From assembly GCA_900551115.1 (NCBI GenBank), contig URUY01000014.1:14140-78139 (forward strand): a stretch of 64,000 nucleotides of DNA, given 5' to 3'. The stretch comes from an uncultured Lachnospiraceae bacterium (GTDB taxonomy: Bacteria > Bacillota > Clostridia > Lachnospirales > Lachnospiraceae). The notes under the pieces are model-generated. The model was not told the DNA's origin, ran no database searches, and saw only the letters and a program-made list of their open reading frames with translations. Shown here one piece after another: positions 19,166-29,066 of the stretch. Within the stretch, counting starts at the first letter, position 1. The number at the start of each line of letters is the position of its first letter. The translations under genes and the position numbers were made by a program.

Positions 19166-20938
19166 TTAAGCCTCTCTGATACCGGATATATCCGCATCGA
19201 TTGCCATGGAAAAATTGGTATAGTAAACCACAAAACCCGGTTTTGCACCGCCTGGCTTCTTTACATGTTTTTTCTGTATATAATCTACTTCCACTTTTCC
19301 CTGGTCTCTGCCTGCCGAATAGTACGCAGCCAGTCTTGCAGCCTCCTCAAAGGTCGTATCCGGCATCTCCTCACCGCCCATCCCCTTTACTACCACATGG
19401 GAGCCGGGACAGCCTTTTGCATGAAACCACCAATCGCTGCCTGCAGCAAACTTAAAAGTCAGTTCGTCATTCTGGAAATTATTTTTTCCCACATAGATAT
19501 CGTAACCATCGCTGCTGATATAGTGAAAAGGCTTACTTGTTATCTTTACTCTTTTACCGCCGCCTTTTCTTCTGATATAGCCGTTTTCTATCAGCTCTTC
19601 TTTTATCTGTACAAGGTCCTCTTCTCCCACTGCAATATCAAGAGCTGCACTAATTGACTGCAGATGTTCGATTTCCGCCTTTACTTCCTTTGTAAGCTCC
19701 GCTAACGCTTCATAGGTCCGCTTCAATTTTCCATACTTATCAAAATATTTCTTTGCATTCTCACCGGGGGTAAGCCGGGGGTCTAAGGGTATGGTAATCA
19801 TCTCATCCGTATAATAATTCAGCGCTTCAAAGGATTTTGCACCCTCTTCCACACCATACCCGTAGGTGTTTATTAACTCGCCGTATATCCGGTAGGTATC
19901 CTTTTTTTCCGTATCCTTCATCTGTGCCCGCTGCAGGTCATATTTTTTCACATTACGTTCCAGTGCGTTCTGTACAATTTTCCGCAAATCAACAGATTTC
20001 TGCCGGATTCTGGTAAGGGCATTTTTTTCTGCATAATAGCTTTCCAAAAGAGCAGAAACAGAAGCACAGGGCTTTAAATAATCACCGTCCCGCTGCTTTT
20101 CTGTCTCTCCACATTCTGCCGCGCCATACAGAGTCAGGGGAAACGATGCAAATTCTGTGGGTTTTCCTTTTACATAGGCTATGGCAGGCGAAAACCTGCC
20201 CGCCTTTACGTCCTCCATCATGCCGTCCCATACGCTGTAGAGCTTTTTATAGTCTGCTTCCGAAAAAGCTGCCGTAGGCTGCTCGCCGTCCAGTCCTGCC
20301 CTGTAGCACAGCTCCTGCGCCATAATAGGGGAAATGCCGGTATAGGAGGTGTAAATCGCCTTAAACACAGGCATGGGCGCCTGCGTAAGCGTTTCTGTAA
20401 ATTCTTCCCCGCTTGTCTTAAGCGGATTTTTTTTGTGGGTGGTGTCCGTCACAAAATACGGCTTGCCCGGCAGCACCTCACGCACCGAGCTTACCAGACC
20501 GGAAACATGCTTGATACTGTCTATCACCATATCCTTATCATCACAGAAAATAATGTTGCTGTGCTTGCCCATGATTTCCGCAATCAGCTTTTTTTCACAC
20601 AAATCGCCCATCTCGTTTAAATGCTCTACGGTGATTGTGATAATACGCTCCAGTCCCGGCTGACTGATTGCCGTAATCCTTCCGTTCTGCAGATGCTTTC
20701 GCAAAAGCATGCAGAAATTGGGCGCCGTCTGAGGACTGGGTTTGTTGTTTTCCGTCAGATAAATAAGCGGCAGGGACGCCCCTGCCGAAATAAGCAGGCG
20801 GCGCTGTCCCTCCGCCCCTTTTATGGTAAGCAGCAGTTCATCCGGCTCCGGCTGGGCAATCTTGTAAATACGCCCTCCCATAAGGTTGTCCTGCATTTCC
20901 TTTACTACGTTTGCTATTGTAATACCATCAAAAGCCAT
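19166..20938 (-). CDS. rqcH: ribosome quality control factor RqcH / fibronectin-binding protein A (NFACT family)
   Basis: 590 aa with NFACT-N, coiled-coil and NFACT-R organisation. N-terminus MAFDGITIANVV… is typical. Confidence 0.85.
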   Translation of the reverse strand: MAFDGITIANVVKEMQDNLMGGRIYKIAQPEPDELLLTIKGAEGQRRLLISAGASLPLIYLTENNKPSPQTAPNFCMLLRKHLQNGRITAISQPGLERIITITVEHLNEMGDLCEKKLIAEIMGKHSNIIFCDDKDMVIDSIKHVSGLVSSVREVLPGKPYFVTDTTHKKNPLKTSGEEFTETLTQAPMPVFKAIYTSYTGISPIMAQELCYRAGLDGEQPTAAFSEADYKKLYSVWDGMMEDVKAGRFSPAIAYVKGKPTEFASFPLTLYGAAECGETEKQRDGDYLKPCASVSALLESYYAEKNALTRIRQKSVDLRKIVQNALERNVKKYDLQRAQMKDTEKKDTYRIYGELINTYGYGVEEGAKSFEALNYYTDEMITIPLDPRLTPGENAKKYFDKYGKLKRTYEALAELTKEVKAEIEHLQSISAALDIAVGEEDLVQIKEELIENGYIRRKGGGKRVKITSKPFHYISSDGYDIYVGKNNFQNDELTFKFAAGSDWWFHAKGCPGSHVVVKGMGGEEMPDTTFEEAARLAAYYSAGRDQGKVEVDYIQKKHVKKPGGAKPGFVVYYTNFSMAIDADISGIREA

Positions 20939-21056
20939 GGCTTGTTTCCTTTCTTTTCTATAAAATATGTGTGGCAGAGGCGCTCTGTTGGGATTGGTTT
21001 GCAGCTACGTCAAGAAACCTGCAAACCTATCCATACAGAGCTGCCCTGCTACAAAT

Positions 21057-22859
21057 TTACAGCAAATGACATTTTTTAGCCAGCTTCACAAGCAGGTATC
21101 CTTTGGGGAGTGCCCGAAGCTCTGCTTCGCTGATGCCTTTTAACACGATTTCCAATACAAAGTACACAATGGCGCCTACAAGGACTGCCGGGAACAGGGC
21201 AAGCATATTGGACATATGGGACGGATACTGTCCTGCATGAAGCAGATAAGCAATACCCTGATAGGTACCGAACGCTGCCGCTCCCATAAAAGCCGCCGCT
21301 ACAAGGGGCGTTACAAAGGTACGGAATATCTCCTGCCTATATCCCATGTATCTTCGGATGGAAAGCTGATTTAAGATGCACATCATGCCCGAATAAACCA
21401 GCATGGCAATCACCAGACTATACAAATCCATATCGGTAAAGTATAAGAGGCCGCTTACCGTAACAGTCTGCACCACAAGGGAAATGGCCGCATTGTGTAC
21501 CGGCACCTTTACCTTGCCGATACCCTGTAATACAGTGTTTGTAAGTGTTGACAGGGAGTAGAAGATAACGGATGCGGAAAGCGCCATAAGCAGCTTTGAC
21601 GCCGTATCAACAGACTCTTTCTGTGCAAATAAAAGCCATGTAATGGGGCGTGCCAGCACGCCGATTCCCACTGCTGCCGGAATGGCTATCAGCATGGTGG
21701 TCTTGACTGCCTGCCCCGTTTTTTCTCTGGCTCCGTCCATATCCCCCTGTCCTATCCTGGCAGATATGCTTGGCAGAATGGCTGAGGCCATAGCCGAGGA
21801 AATGGCAATGGGAATATTGGAAATCACCACCGCCTTACCTGAAAAAATACCGTATCCGGTAGAGGCTTGCGCGTTGGTCATCCCCTTTGTAAGGGTACAT
21901 ATCCATAAATAAACCGTCTGGTTTAGAAAAGTACTCAGATTGTAAATGGCTGTGCTTAAAATAAAGGGGACAACTACGCTGCTTACTGTTTTTAAAATGA
22001 TTCCGTAGCTTTCTTCCTCATGCCTGTCGCGGGCAATTCTTCTCTTTATGGTCCTTTTATTCAGTCCGTAAATCCCCCACATAAAAAGCAGGGCTGCCGC
22101 CACGCCTGCACAGGTACCCAGCGCGCTTCCCACTGCACCGTAGGTGGCATGCTTTGTATTATGCGCCGTCTGCTCTGCATTCAGTGCATAAACAGGATTG
22201 CCGTCCTCATCAAGTATCACGCCGCCCTCTGCATCAAGTGCCGCATCCGCCATCTCCTGTACCACCTCACCGCCAAAGCTTACCGAATAATCCTCATTTA
22301 AGGTATACTTCTCCGTGCCGTGAAGCATGGCCACAATCAGCAGATATGCTGCACCAATGCTGACTACGGCATTTAATATCTGCTCTAAAATCTGGGAAAC
22401 CGAGGTCTGTACCATAGTGCGGTGTGCCTGAAAATATCCCCGCAGTACACCCAGTATACCATATAAAAAGACCGTGGGCGAAAAGACGCGAAGCACCGTT
22501 ACCGCCGGTCCCTTTGTAAGCCATCCTGCACAAAAAAAGAGTACAAGGCTGGCAATGCCGCCCACTGCCAGTACATACCACAATGCACACTTAAATATGC
22601 GGTGCGCATTAATATAATCCTGAACGGAAAGCTTCTGTGCGATTACCTTGGAAATGGCAGAAGGAATGCTGTAGGAAGAAATTAAAAGAATAATCGTATA
22701 GACATTAAAGGCCGTCTGATAATAGCCATTGCCTTCATCACCGATAACAGCAGTTAAAGGACTCCTGTAAAGGAGTCCTATCATTCTGCATATAATACCG
22801 GCGGCTGCCAGTATTCCGGCCTGTATAATAAATCCATCTTTTTTACTGCTCTTACCCAT
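21057..22859 (-). CDS. MOP-superfamily polysaccharide/lipid-II flippase (MurJ/SpoVB-like)
   Basis: 600 aa, >12 TM segments. N-terminal GIL…RMIGLLY…AVIG motif typical of MurJ/SpoVB. Confidence 0.7.
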   Translation of the reverse strand: MGKSSKKDGFIIQAGILAAAGIICRMIGLLYRSPLTAVIGDEGNGYYQTAFNVYTIILLISSYSIPSAISKVIAQKLSVQDYINAHRIFKCALWYVLAVGGIASLVLFFCAGWLTKGPAVTVLRVFSPTVFLYGILGVLRGYFQAHRTMVQTSVSQILEQILNAVVSIGAAYLLIVAMLHGTEKYTLNEDYSVSFGGEVVQEMADAALDAEGGVILDEDGNPVYALNAEQTAHNTKHATYGAVGSALGTCAGVAAALLFMWGIYGLNKRTIKRRIARDRHEEESYGIILKTVSSVVVPFILSTAIYNLSTFLNQTVYLWICTLTKGMTNAQASTGYGIFSGKAVVISNIPIAISSAMASAILPSISARIGQGDMDGAREKTGQAVKTTMLIAIPAAVGIGVLARPITWLLFAQKESVDTASKLLMALSASVIFYSLSTLTNTVLQGIGKVKVPVHNAAISLVVQTVTVSGLLYFTDMDLYSLVIAMLVYSGMMCILNQLSIRRYMGYRQEIFRTFVTPLVAAAFMGAAAFGTYQGIAYLLHAGQYPSHMSNMLALFPAVLVGAIVYFVLEIVLKGISEAELRALPKGYLLVKLAKKCHLL

Positions 22860-22879
22860 ATTTACATCCTGCCCGGAAC

Positions 22880-24325
22880 TCAGCCAATCAGCCAGTCATA
22901 CATCTCCTGATATTTGCCTGCCGATACCTGCCAGGAAAAATCAGCAGCCATGCCCCGGTCGACAATCTTGTTCCATTCTCTTTTCTTATCGTAATATATG
23001 TGTTCCGCATACCGGATAGTCCGAAGCATCTCATGGGCATTGTAATTGGCAAAGGAAAAGCCCGTTCCGGTACTCTCGTATTCATTGTAAGGCGCTACCG
23101 TATCCTTCAGCCCGCCGGTTTCCCTGACAATGGGCACCGTACCGTAACGCAGCGCCATAAGCTGGCTCAAGCCGCAGGGTTCAAACAAAGAAGGCATCAG
23201 GAATGCATCGCAGGACGCATATATCTTATGTGATAAGTCCTCTGAATAATAAATATTGGCAGACACCTTATCCGCGTATTTCCAGTCAAAATGGCGGAAC
23301 ATATTCTCGTAACGCTCTTCGCCCGTACCTAACACCACAATCTGCACATTATCCTGACAAAGCTCATCCATAATATAGGCAATCAAATCAAAGCCCTTCT
23401 GATCCGTAAGCCTTGAAACGATTCCAATCATGAATTTCTTATCATCCTGTGTCAGATTCAGTTCCTTTTGCAGGGCACGTTTATTTTTTATCTTCTCCTT
23501 CCGGAAGCTGACCGCATCATACGGATAGGGAATATAAGTATCCTTTGCCGGACTGTACTCATCATAATCAATACCGTTTACAATACCGCGCAGATCATGT
23601 GCCCTGGCATTTAAAAGTCCGTTCAATCCTTCTCCGTAAAATTCTGTCTTAATCTCTTCCGCATAGGTATCGCTTACCGTTGTAATGGCATCTGCAAACA
23701 CCAGTCCGCCCTTGAGCAGATTGGCATCCTTGTATGCCTCCAGCTTATCCGGCGTAAAATAGTAATCAGGCAGGCCTGTAATATCCTGTACTGCCTTCAC
23801 ATCCCATTTTCCCTGGAACTTTAAATTATGAATCGTCATAATCGACTTGGTTCCCCAGAAAAACGGATTGCCCCTGAAACGTTCCTTTAAATATACCGGA
23901 ATCAGTCCGGTCTGCCAGTCATGGCAATGCACCACATCCGGTTGAAAATCAATAAGCGGCAGTGCCGAAAGCGCCGCTTTTGAAAAGTAAGCATACTTTT
24001 CTATCTCATACAGCGCATTGTCCCCATAGGGCTTAAAACCGCCGAAATATTGCTCGTTGTCAATAAAATAATATTTGATGCCGTCTGCTTCTGCTTCCAA
24101 AATCCCTACATATACCTCATGCCAGTTAAAATCCATATAAAAATGGGTAACGTATTTTAGCTTCTCCTGCATCTGCGGCTTCATACAGGTATATCTGGGA
24201 ATCATAACCCGCACGTCATAATATTCCTTATCCAAACACTTTGGCAGAGAGCCTACAACGTCAGCAAGCCCGCCGGTCTTAATAAAGGGTACTCCTTCCG
24301 ATGCAACAAACAAAACCTTCTTCAT
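22880..24325 (-). CDS. glgA: glycogen synthase (ADP-glucose type)
   Basis: KTGGLADV motif near the N-terminus. Start moved to internal ATG (MKKVLFVASEG) with GGGAGG RBS. Confidence 0.9.
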   Translation of the reverse strand: MKKVLFVASEGVPFIKTGGLADVVGSLPKCLDKEYYDVRVMIPRYTCMKPQMQEKLKYVTHFYMDFNWHEVYVGILEAEADGIKYYFIDNEQYFGGFKPYGDNALYEIEKYAYFSKAALSALPLIDFQPDVVHCHDWQTGLIPVYLKERFRGNPFFWGTKSIMTIHNLKFQGKWDVKAVQDITGLPDYYFTPDKLEAYKDANLLKGGLVFADAITTVSDTYAEEIKTEFYGEGLNGLLNARAHDLRGIVNGIDYDEYSPAKDTYIPYPYDAVSFRKEKIKNKRALQKELNLTQDDKKFMIGIVSRLTDQKGFDLIAYIMDELCQDNVQIVVLGTGEERYENMFRHFDWKYADKVSANIYYSEDLSHKIYASCDAFLMPSLFEPCGLSQLMALRYGTVPIVRETGGLKDTVAPYNEYESTGTGFSFANYNAHEMLRTIRYAEHIYYDKKREWNKIVDRGMAADFSWQVSAGKYQEMYDWLIG

Positions 24326-24390
24326 TGAAACGCCTCCCGAAACAAACTGTATTTTCTTTATTATACAACATGAAAGGCGCATTTAAAAGA

Positions 24391-24909
24391 CTAATTTCTG
24401 TATTTCAACCTTATTCTGTCTGCAATCAGAGCTATAAATTCGGAATTGGTCGGCTTTCCTTTTCCCGTATTGATTGTATACCCAAACAGAGCGTCTAAGG
24501 TCTCCATTCTTCCTCTGCTCCATGCCACCTCAATGGCATGCCGGATAGCCCTTTCCACACGGCTTGGTGTAGTCCCGAATTTCTTTGCAATGGTGGGATA
24601 CAGGATTTTGGTAATGGAACTGAGCATGGAATTGTCCTCCACCGCCATCATAATGGATTCCCTCAAATACTGGTATCCCTTGATATGTGCCGGCACGCCG
24701 ATTTCATGTATCATATCCGTCACATCCTGCTCCAAATCCCGCTCTTCTGTCCTTTTTACTATCTCTGCGCTGTTTTTTGCCTGAATCTCCTTTTTTCCGG
24801 AGGGTACTGTAATCATAATCTGAAATTCCTTGTCGGTACTCATCAGCTGACCGATTATTTTGTACAGTTTTTCATTATCTTTGGTAGTCAACACGTTAAG
24901 CTGTTCCAT
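24391..24909 (-). CDS. spo0A: Spo0A homologue with an internal deletion of most of the receiver domain (DNA-binding Spo0A_C intact)
   Basis: Residues 1-40 align with the start of the Spo0A receiver ([15 protein letters not shown]… vs B. subtilis MEKIKVCVADDNREL…). Residues ~65-172 are a near-canonical Spo0A C domain ([20 protein letters not shown]…[21 protein letters not shown]…KPTNSEFIA). The region holding Asp56 and the linker is absent. ATG with GGAGG RBS. Confidence 0.8.
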   Translation of the reverse strand: MEQLNVLTTKDNEKLYKIIGQLMSTDKEFQIMITVPSGKKEIQAKNSAEIVKRTEERDLEQDVTDMIHEIGVPAHIKGYQYLRESIMMAVEDNSMLSSITKILYPTIAKKFGTTPSRVERAIRHAIEVAWSRGRMETLDALFGYTINTGKGKPTNSEFIALIADRIRLKYRN

Positions 24910-24929
24910 GAAAAAACCTCCATATTTTA

Positions 24930-24970
24930 CAAAACTCTATCACACTCATTATAATGTGATAGAGTTTGCA
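24930..24970. promoter_or_regulatory. perfect 15-bp inverted repeat (CAAAACTCTATCACA…TGTGATAGAGTTTTG) with TATAAT in the loop, 20-60 nt upstream of the spo0A-like start
   Basis: Read directly. Could be the terminator of the upstream oxidoreductase gene and/or an operator. Confidence 0.5.
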
Positions 24971-25008
24971 ACTTCAACAGATACGCATCGTATTTATTCT
25001 ACAAATTT

Positions 25009-26394
25009 TTATAATAATCTGCGTCCCATAAGCACGCCCATGGCAGAAGCCATCATCAGTCCTCTGGTCCAGCCGCTGGAATCTCCCAGACAGTAAAGGC
25101 CCTTTACGTTGGTATTTAACTCCGCATCCATTTTTACCTTATTGCTGTAAAATTTCAGTTCGGGAGAATATAAAAGGGTCTCCGTTCCTGCAAAGCCCGG
25201 CACCACATGGTCTACAGCCTGAATAAAATTAATAATGTTCATCATGGCGCGGTAAGGCATTGCCGCCGTAATATCGCCTGCTACGGCATCCGGCAGAGTC
25301 GGCTTTACATTGCTTTGGGACAGCTCCTTCTGCCAGGTTCTTTTTCCGTCCAGAATATCCCCGTAACGCTGCACCATAATCTGTCCCGCTCCCAGCATAT
25401 TGGTAAGCTCGCCCACCTTCTGTGCATAGGCAATCGGCTGGTTAAAGGGCTCCGTAAAATTGTGGGAACACAGAATTGCCAGATTGGTGTTGTCAGATTT
25501 TAAATTTTTGTAGGAGTGACCGTTTACCACCGCCAGACCGCCGTCATAATTTTCCTGACTTACAAAGCCGCCCGGATTCTGACAGAATGTACGGACTTTG
25601 TTTTTAAACGGATGCGGATAACCAATCAGCTTGGACTCATAGAGTACGTTATTGACCTCCTCCATGATTTCATTGCGCACCTCTACCCTGACGCCGATAT
25701 CCACCGTACCCGGCTTATGGGCAATATCATATCTGGCACAGATATTCTGCAGCCAGTCCGCACCACGCCTGCCGGTTGCCATAACTACGCTTTCTGCCTC
25801 ATAAGAATACCGGCTGCCTTTGCATGTGGCGACAACGCCTTTGCATACGCCGTCCTCCATAAGCAAATCCTCACAGCTATAGCCAAAAAGAATCTCTGCC
25901 CCATGCTCTGTTAACCAGTTTTCTATGGCCAGATAAATCTGCTGCGCCTTTTCCGTCCCCAGATGTCTGATGGGACAGTCCACCAGCTTAAGGCCTGCCT
26001 GAATGGCACGCTTTCTGATATCCTTTACCTTTTCCGTATTGCCAAGCCCTTCCACATGGGAATCCGCTCCAAACTCCAAATAGATTTTATCCGTATAATC
26101 AATAAGCTCCTGCGCAAAGGCCTCCCCTACCAGAGAGGGGAAATCACCGCCCACCTCGCAGCTTAAGGAAAGCTTTCCGTCAGAAAAAGCGCCTGCTCCC
26201 GAAAAACCTGTCGTAATATTACAGGGCTCACAGCCTACACATTTTTTTGTTTTAACCTTCGGGCAGCTTCTCTGTTCCACGGCTTTTCCTTTTTCCAACA
26301 TCAGAATCCGCTTTTTACTGCCGTTTTTCAGCATCTCCAGCGCTGTAAAAATACCTGCCGGCCCGGCTCCCACAATAATTACATCATATTTCAT
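25009..26394 (-). CDS. NAD(P)/FAD-dependent oxidoreductase (COG2509-like)
   Basis: Rossmann motif DVIIVGAGPAG. Start moved to internal ATG (MKYDVIIVG) with AGAGAGG RBS. Confidence 0.7.
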   Translation of the reverse strand: MKYDVIIVGAGPAGIFTALEMLKNGSKKRILMLEKGKAVEQRSCPKVKTKKCVGCEPCNITTGFSGAGAFSDGKLSLSCEVGGDFPSLVGEAFAQELIDYTDKIYLEFGADSHVEGLGNTEKVKDIRKRAIQAGLKLVDCPIRHLGTEKAQQIYLAIENWLTEHGAEILFGYSCEDLLMEDGVCKGVVATCKGSRYSYEAESVVMATGRRGADWLQNICARYDIAHKPGTVDIGVRVEVRNEIMEEVNNVLYESKLIGYPHPFKNKVRTFCQNPGGFVSQENYDGGLAVVNGHSYKNLKSDNTNLAILCSHNFTEPFNQPIAYAQKVGELTNMLGAGQIMVQRYGDILDGKRTWQKELSQSNVKPTLPDAVAGDITAAMPYRAMMNIINFIQAVDHVVPGFAGTETLLYSPELKFYSNKVKMDAELNTNVKGLYCLGDSSGWTRGLMMASAMGVLMGRRLL

Positions 26395-26552
26395 ACCCAT
26401 ACCTCTCTTTCCTTCCTGTGCTGCCCAAATGCCGTCAATCGCAAAAAGGAGCATAATACATTTGTATTATACTCCTTTTTCGGCCAATGCTCCAGCATCT
26501 CTTTCATGAATATTCTTCACGAATATCCCGGCATCAGGTTTCCTGTGTCACT

Positions 26553-29048
26553 TTAACATACATCATACTGTTCCGTATCTTTATTATCTCCCGCCCTAAA
26601 TTCCCTTTCACAAGAAACAGAAGAAATCAATTCCTCACTGTCAGGGGCATTTTCACAAAAAAGTAAAAATATATTCTCTTCTCCAACCCAGCATTCGGGA
26701 ATGTAATAGGTATCCTGAGGAATCCCGGACCATATCCGCCCCAGATTATGACCGTTTATATACAATTGTCCTTTTATTCCTTCCGGCAATTTTATAAAAG
26801 CAGGCATCTGTCGGGAAAGCTTTTGCGGTTTTGCCAAATACCAGACCGGAAACTCCCCTCCGTTATTTTCTGCGCTGTCTTCCGGAGTTTGTGACCATTG
26901 GCAGTAATCCAAAGAATATCTGAGCGGAATAAGCGCAGTTAATGCAATTTCTCTGATGGCTTCTTCGCAGGCAGAAACGTATGCCGTAATTTCCACAGTA
27001 TTGTCACCTTTCTGCAGCAGCCTCCGTTCTATTACGCATTCTCCGTATCCCCTGTTGGGATTTTGAAATTCGGCAATCTTACACCCGTTTACCGAAACCT
27101 GTACACAACAATTTAATTCCAAACGCAGATACAGTTCTTCTTCTCCGTCACAGACAAACGTATAAGTAATATACTCCTGCCTGCTGCCGTCAAAATCGGA
27201 AATCCAGTCTATCAGTTCCATGCTTTTTTCTGTGCCCTTATCAGCGTTCAAGACCTTGCTTAACGCCACGGCTCTTCCCTCATATATGGGACCGTAAATT
27301 CCTTTCGGCTCTCCCATTTTTGCAGAGTGATTCAGTCTTCCCAAATTATCCGATAAAACATACAGCGTGTTCTTTCCTGCTTTCAGGGAAACCTCTATAC
27401 CCTCAAAGCCTGCCCCTGCACCCCATGCGCCTATATAATGTCTGGAACTGTATACCAGGCAACGGTCTTCGCTATAGGGAAATACAATATTTTTTATACA
27501 TTCTTCTTTGCTTTCCAGCTCTATGCGGTACCATATATAACCGTAATAAATCCCAAGCTCATCTGCACTCTTTGGTTTGTCCAGTCTTATCCAGTCTTTT
27601 ATGTTTTCCGGATTATCCGTACACAGCTTTTCCCACCTCACCTCTATGGGCAAAGCCTTTTCTGTTTTGTCGCCGCTTTCGTATACCGGTTTTCCCTCGG
27701 ACAGTTTATACCTCTTTGCAGTTTTTGTATCCATAAAGAGTATCTCGATTCCGCAAAGTGTTACCGACCTCGGCTGCTCCTCAATAAAACACGCCGTCCT
27801 GTTCCCGTCCACCTCTACCGTTCCGTACTGTCCCGGTTCTCCATAGAAAATCCATGTTGTACCTAAAAGCCAGAGCGGAATAAAATTTTCACTGCTCACA
27901 ACATGCCCTTTTAACAAAAGATTTTCCAAAAACATAGCTGCGCCGTATTGATTTGTCCGTTCATTGGGTTCCTGATAAAGAACTGCTTTTATCCTCTGCT
28001 CCCCTTTTTCTGCACAAATCAGGGTCTTCGTTTCATCCGTGCTATATTCTGTCCGCATTTCACACAGCTCTGTACCCAGAGAAAGCGCCAGCATATTTAC
28101 CAGGCCTGCTGCATAATATTTTTCACTGCGGATTCCTCCTTCTGAAAGGGGCGCATCCAAATCATAGCTGGTAATCATATAAAAATTCTTTTCATACTGC
28201 AGACGGCCTCCCCAAAAGGAAAAATTGGTTCCTCCATGCCACATATAATATGTATACTGCGCTCCAAAGCACAGAATAGATAAAATCCGCTTATATACCT
28301 CTTTTGGCGAAACCCTTGCGAACGCCCTGCCCCAGGAGTCACAGCCGCCGCACCACAGCTCCGTTATAAGCAGAGGCTTGTCCGGCTGTATCTCTCTCAT
28401 TTTTTCCAAATCCGCTAAAGGCTCGTCCCACGTATTTACACATTCCATCATGTCCAGTATACCGCCTTCAAACATGCGGTTGCAGTTTATAATCGGGATT
28501 TTAAAGCCCGACTTACGGATGATTCTGTTTATATCTTCAAAATACGCTTCCCGGCCCTTCAATCCCGGCATAATATGCTCATTTTCATTTTGTATGAGCA
28601 AAATATTTCCGCCGTGTTCTACGTCATACTTACTTAGTCTTGGTAATATCTGACTAAAATATTTCTCGTATCTTGCCTGAAACACCGGATTATCCGTACG
28701 AAGCCTGATTCCCGAAAGCGTATTCAGATAAGCCGGAAATCCTCCGAAATCCCATTCCGAGCAGATATAGGGACCCGGCCGCAAAATCACATAGAATCCG
28801 TATTCCCCGGCGAGTCTTATATACTCTTCTATATCCGCATCCCCGGTAAAATCATAGCAATCCGGTTCCTGTTCATGAAAATTCCATGCCATATAAGTGG
28901 AAATACAGTTGATTCCGTTTTCTTTTGCTTTTTTAAACCTGTCTTCCCATAGCTGTCCGGGAATCCGGAAATAATGGATTTCTCCGCATACAAGCCAAAT
29001 ACGTTTTCCGTCCACAAAAAAGCTTTTATCATCAAACGTCACTCTCAT
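26553..29048 (-). CDS. beta-galactosidase, glycoside hydrolase family 35
   Basis: N-terminal GH35 signature (…GEIHYFRIP…W.DRF.KAK..G.N.I.TY..WN.HE…RPGPYICSEWDFGG.P.WL). No signal peptide. Confidence 0.85.
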   Translation of the reverse strand: MRVTFDDKSFFVDGKRIWLVCGEIHYFRIPGQLWEDRFKKAKENGINCISTYMAWNFHEQEPDCYDFTGDADIEEYIRLAGEYGFYVILRPGPYICSEWDFGGFPAYLNTLSGIRLRTDNPVFQARYEKYFSQILPRLSKYDVEHGGNILLIQNENEHIMPGLKGREAYFEDINRIIRKSGFKIPIINCNRMFEGGILDMMECVNTWDEPLADLEKMREIQPDKPLLITELWCGGCDSWGRAFARVSPKEVYKRILSILCFGAQYTYYMWHGGTNFSFWGGRLQYEKNFYMITSYDLDAPLSEGGIRSEKYYAAGLVNMLALSLGTELCEMRTEYSTDETKTLICAEKGEQRIKAVLYQEPNERTNQYGAAMFLENLLLKGHVVSSENFIPLWLLGTTWIFYGEPGQYGTVEVDGNRTACFIEEQPRSVTLCGIEILFMDTKTAKRYKLSEGKPVYESGDKTEKALPIEVRWEKLCTDNPENIKDWIRLDKPKSADELGIYYGYIWYRIELESKEECIKNIVFPYSEDRCLVYSSRHYIGAWGAGAGFEGIEVSLKAGKNTLYVLSDNLGRLNHSAKMGEPKGIYGPIYEGRAVALSKVLNADKGTEKSMELIDWISDFDGSRQEYITYTFVCDGEEELYLRLELNCCVQVSVNGCKIAEFQNPNRGYGECVIERRLLQKGDNTVEITAYVSACEEAIREIALTALIPLRYSLDYCQWSQTPEDSAENNGGEFPVWYLAKPQKLSRQMPAFIKLPEGIKGQLYINGHNLGRIWSGIPQDTYYIPECWVGEENIFLLFCENAPDSEELISSVSCEREFRAGDNKDTEQYDVC

Positions 29049-29066
29049 ATATTGGTTTCCTTTTGG

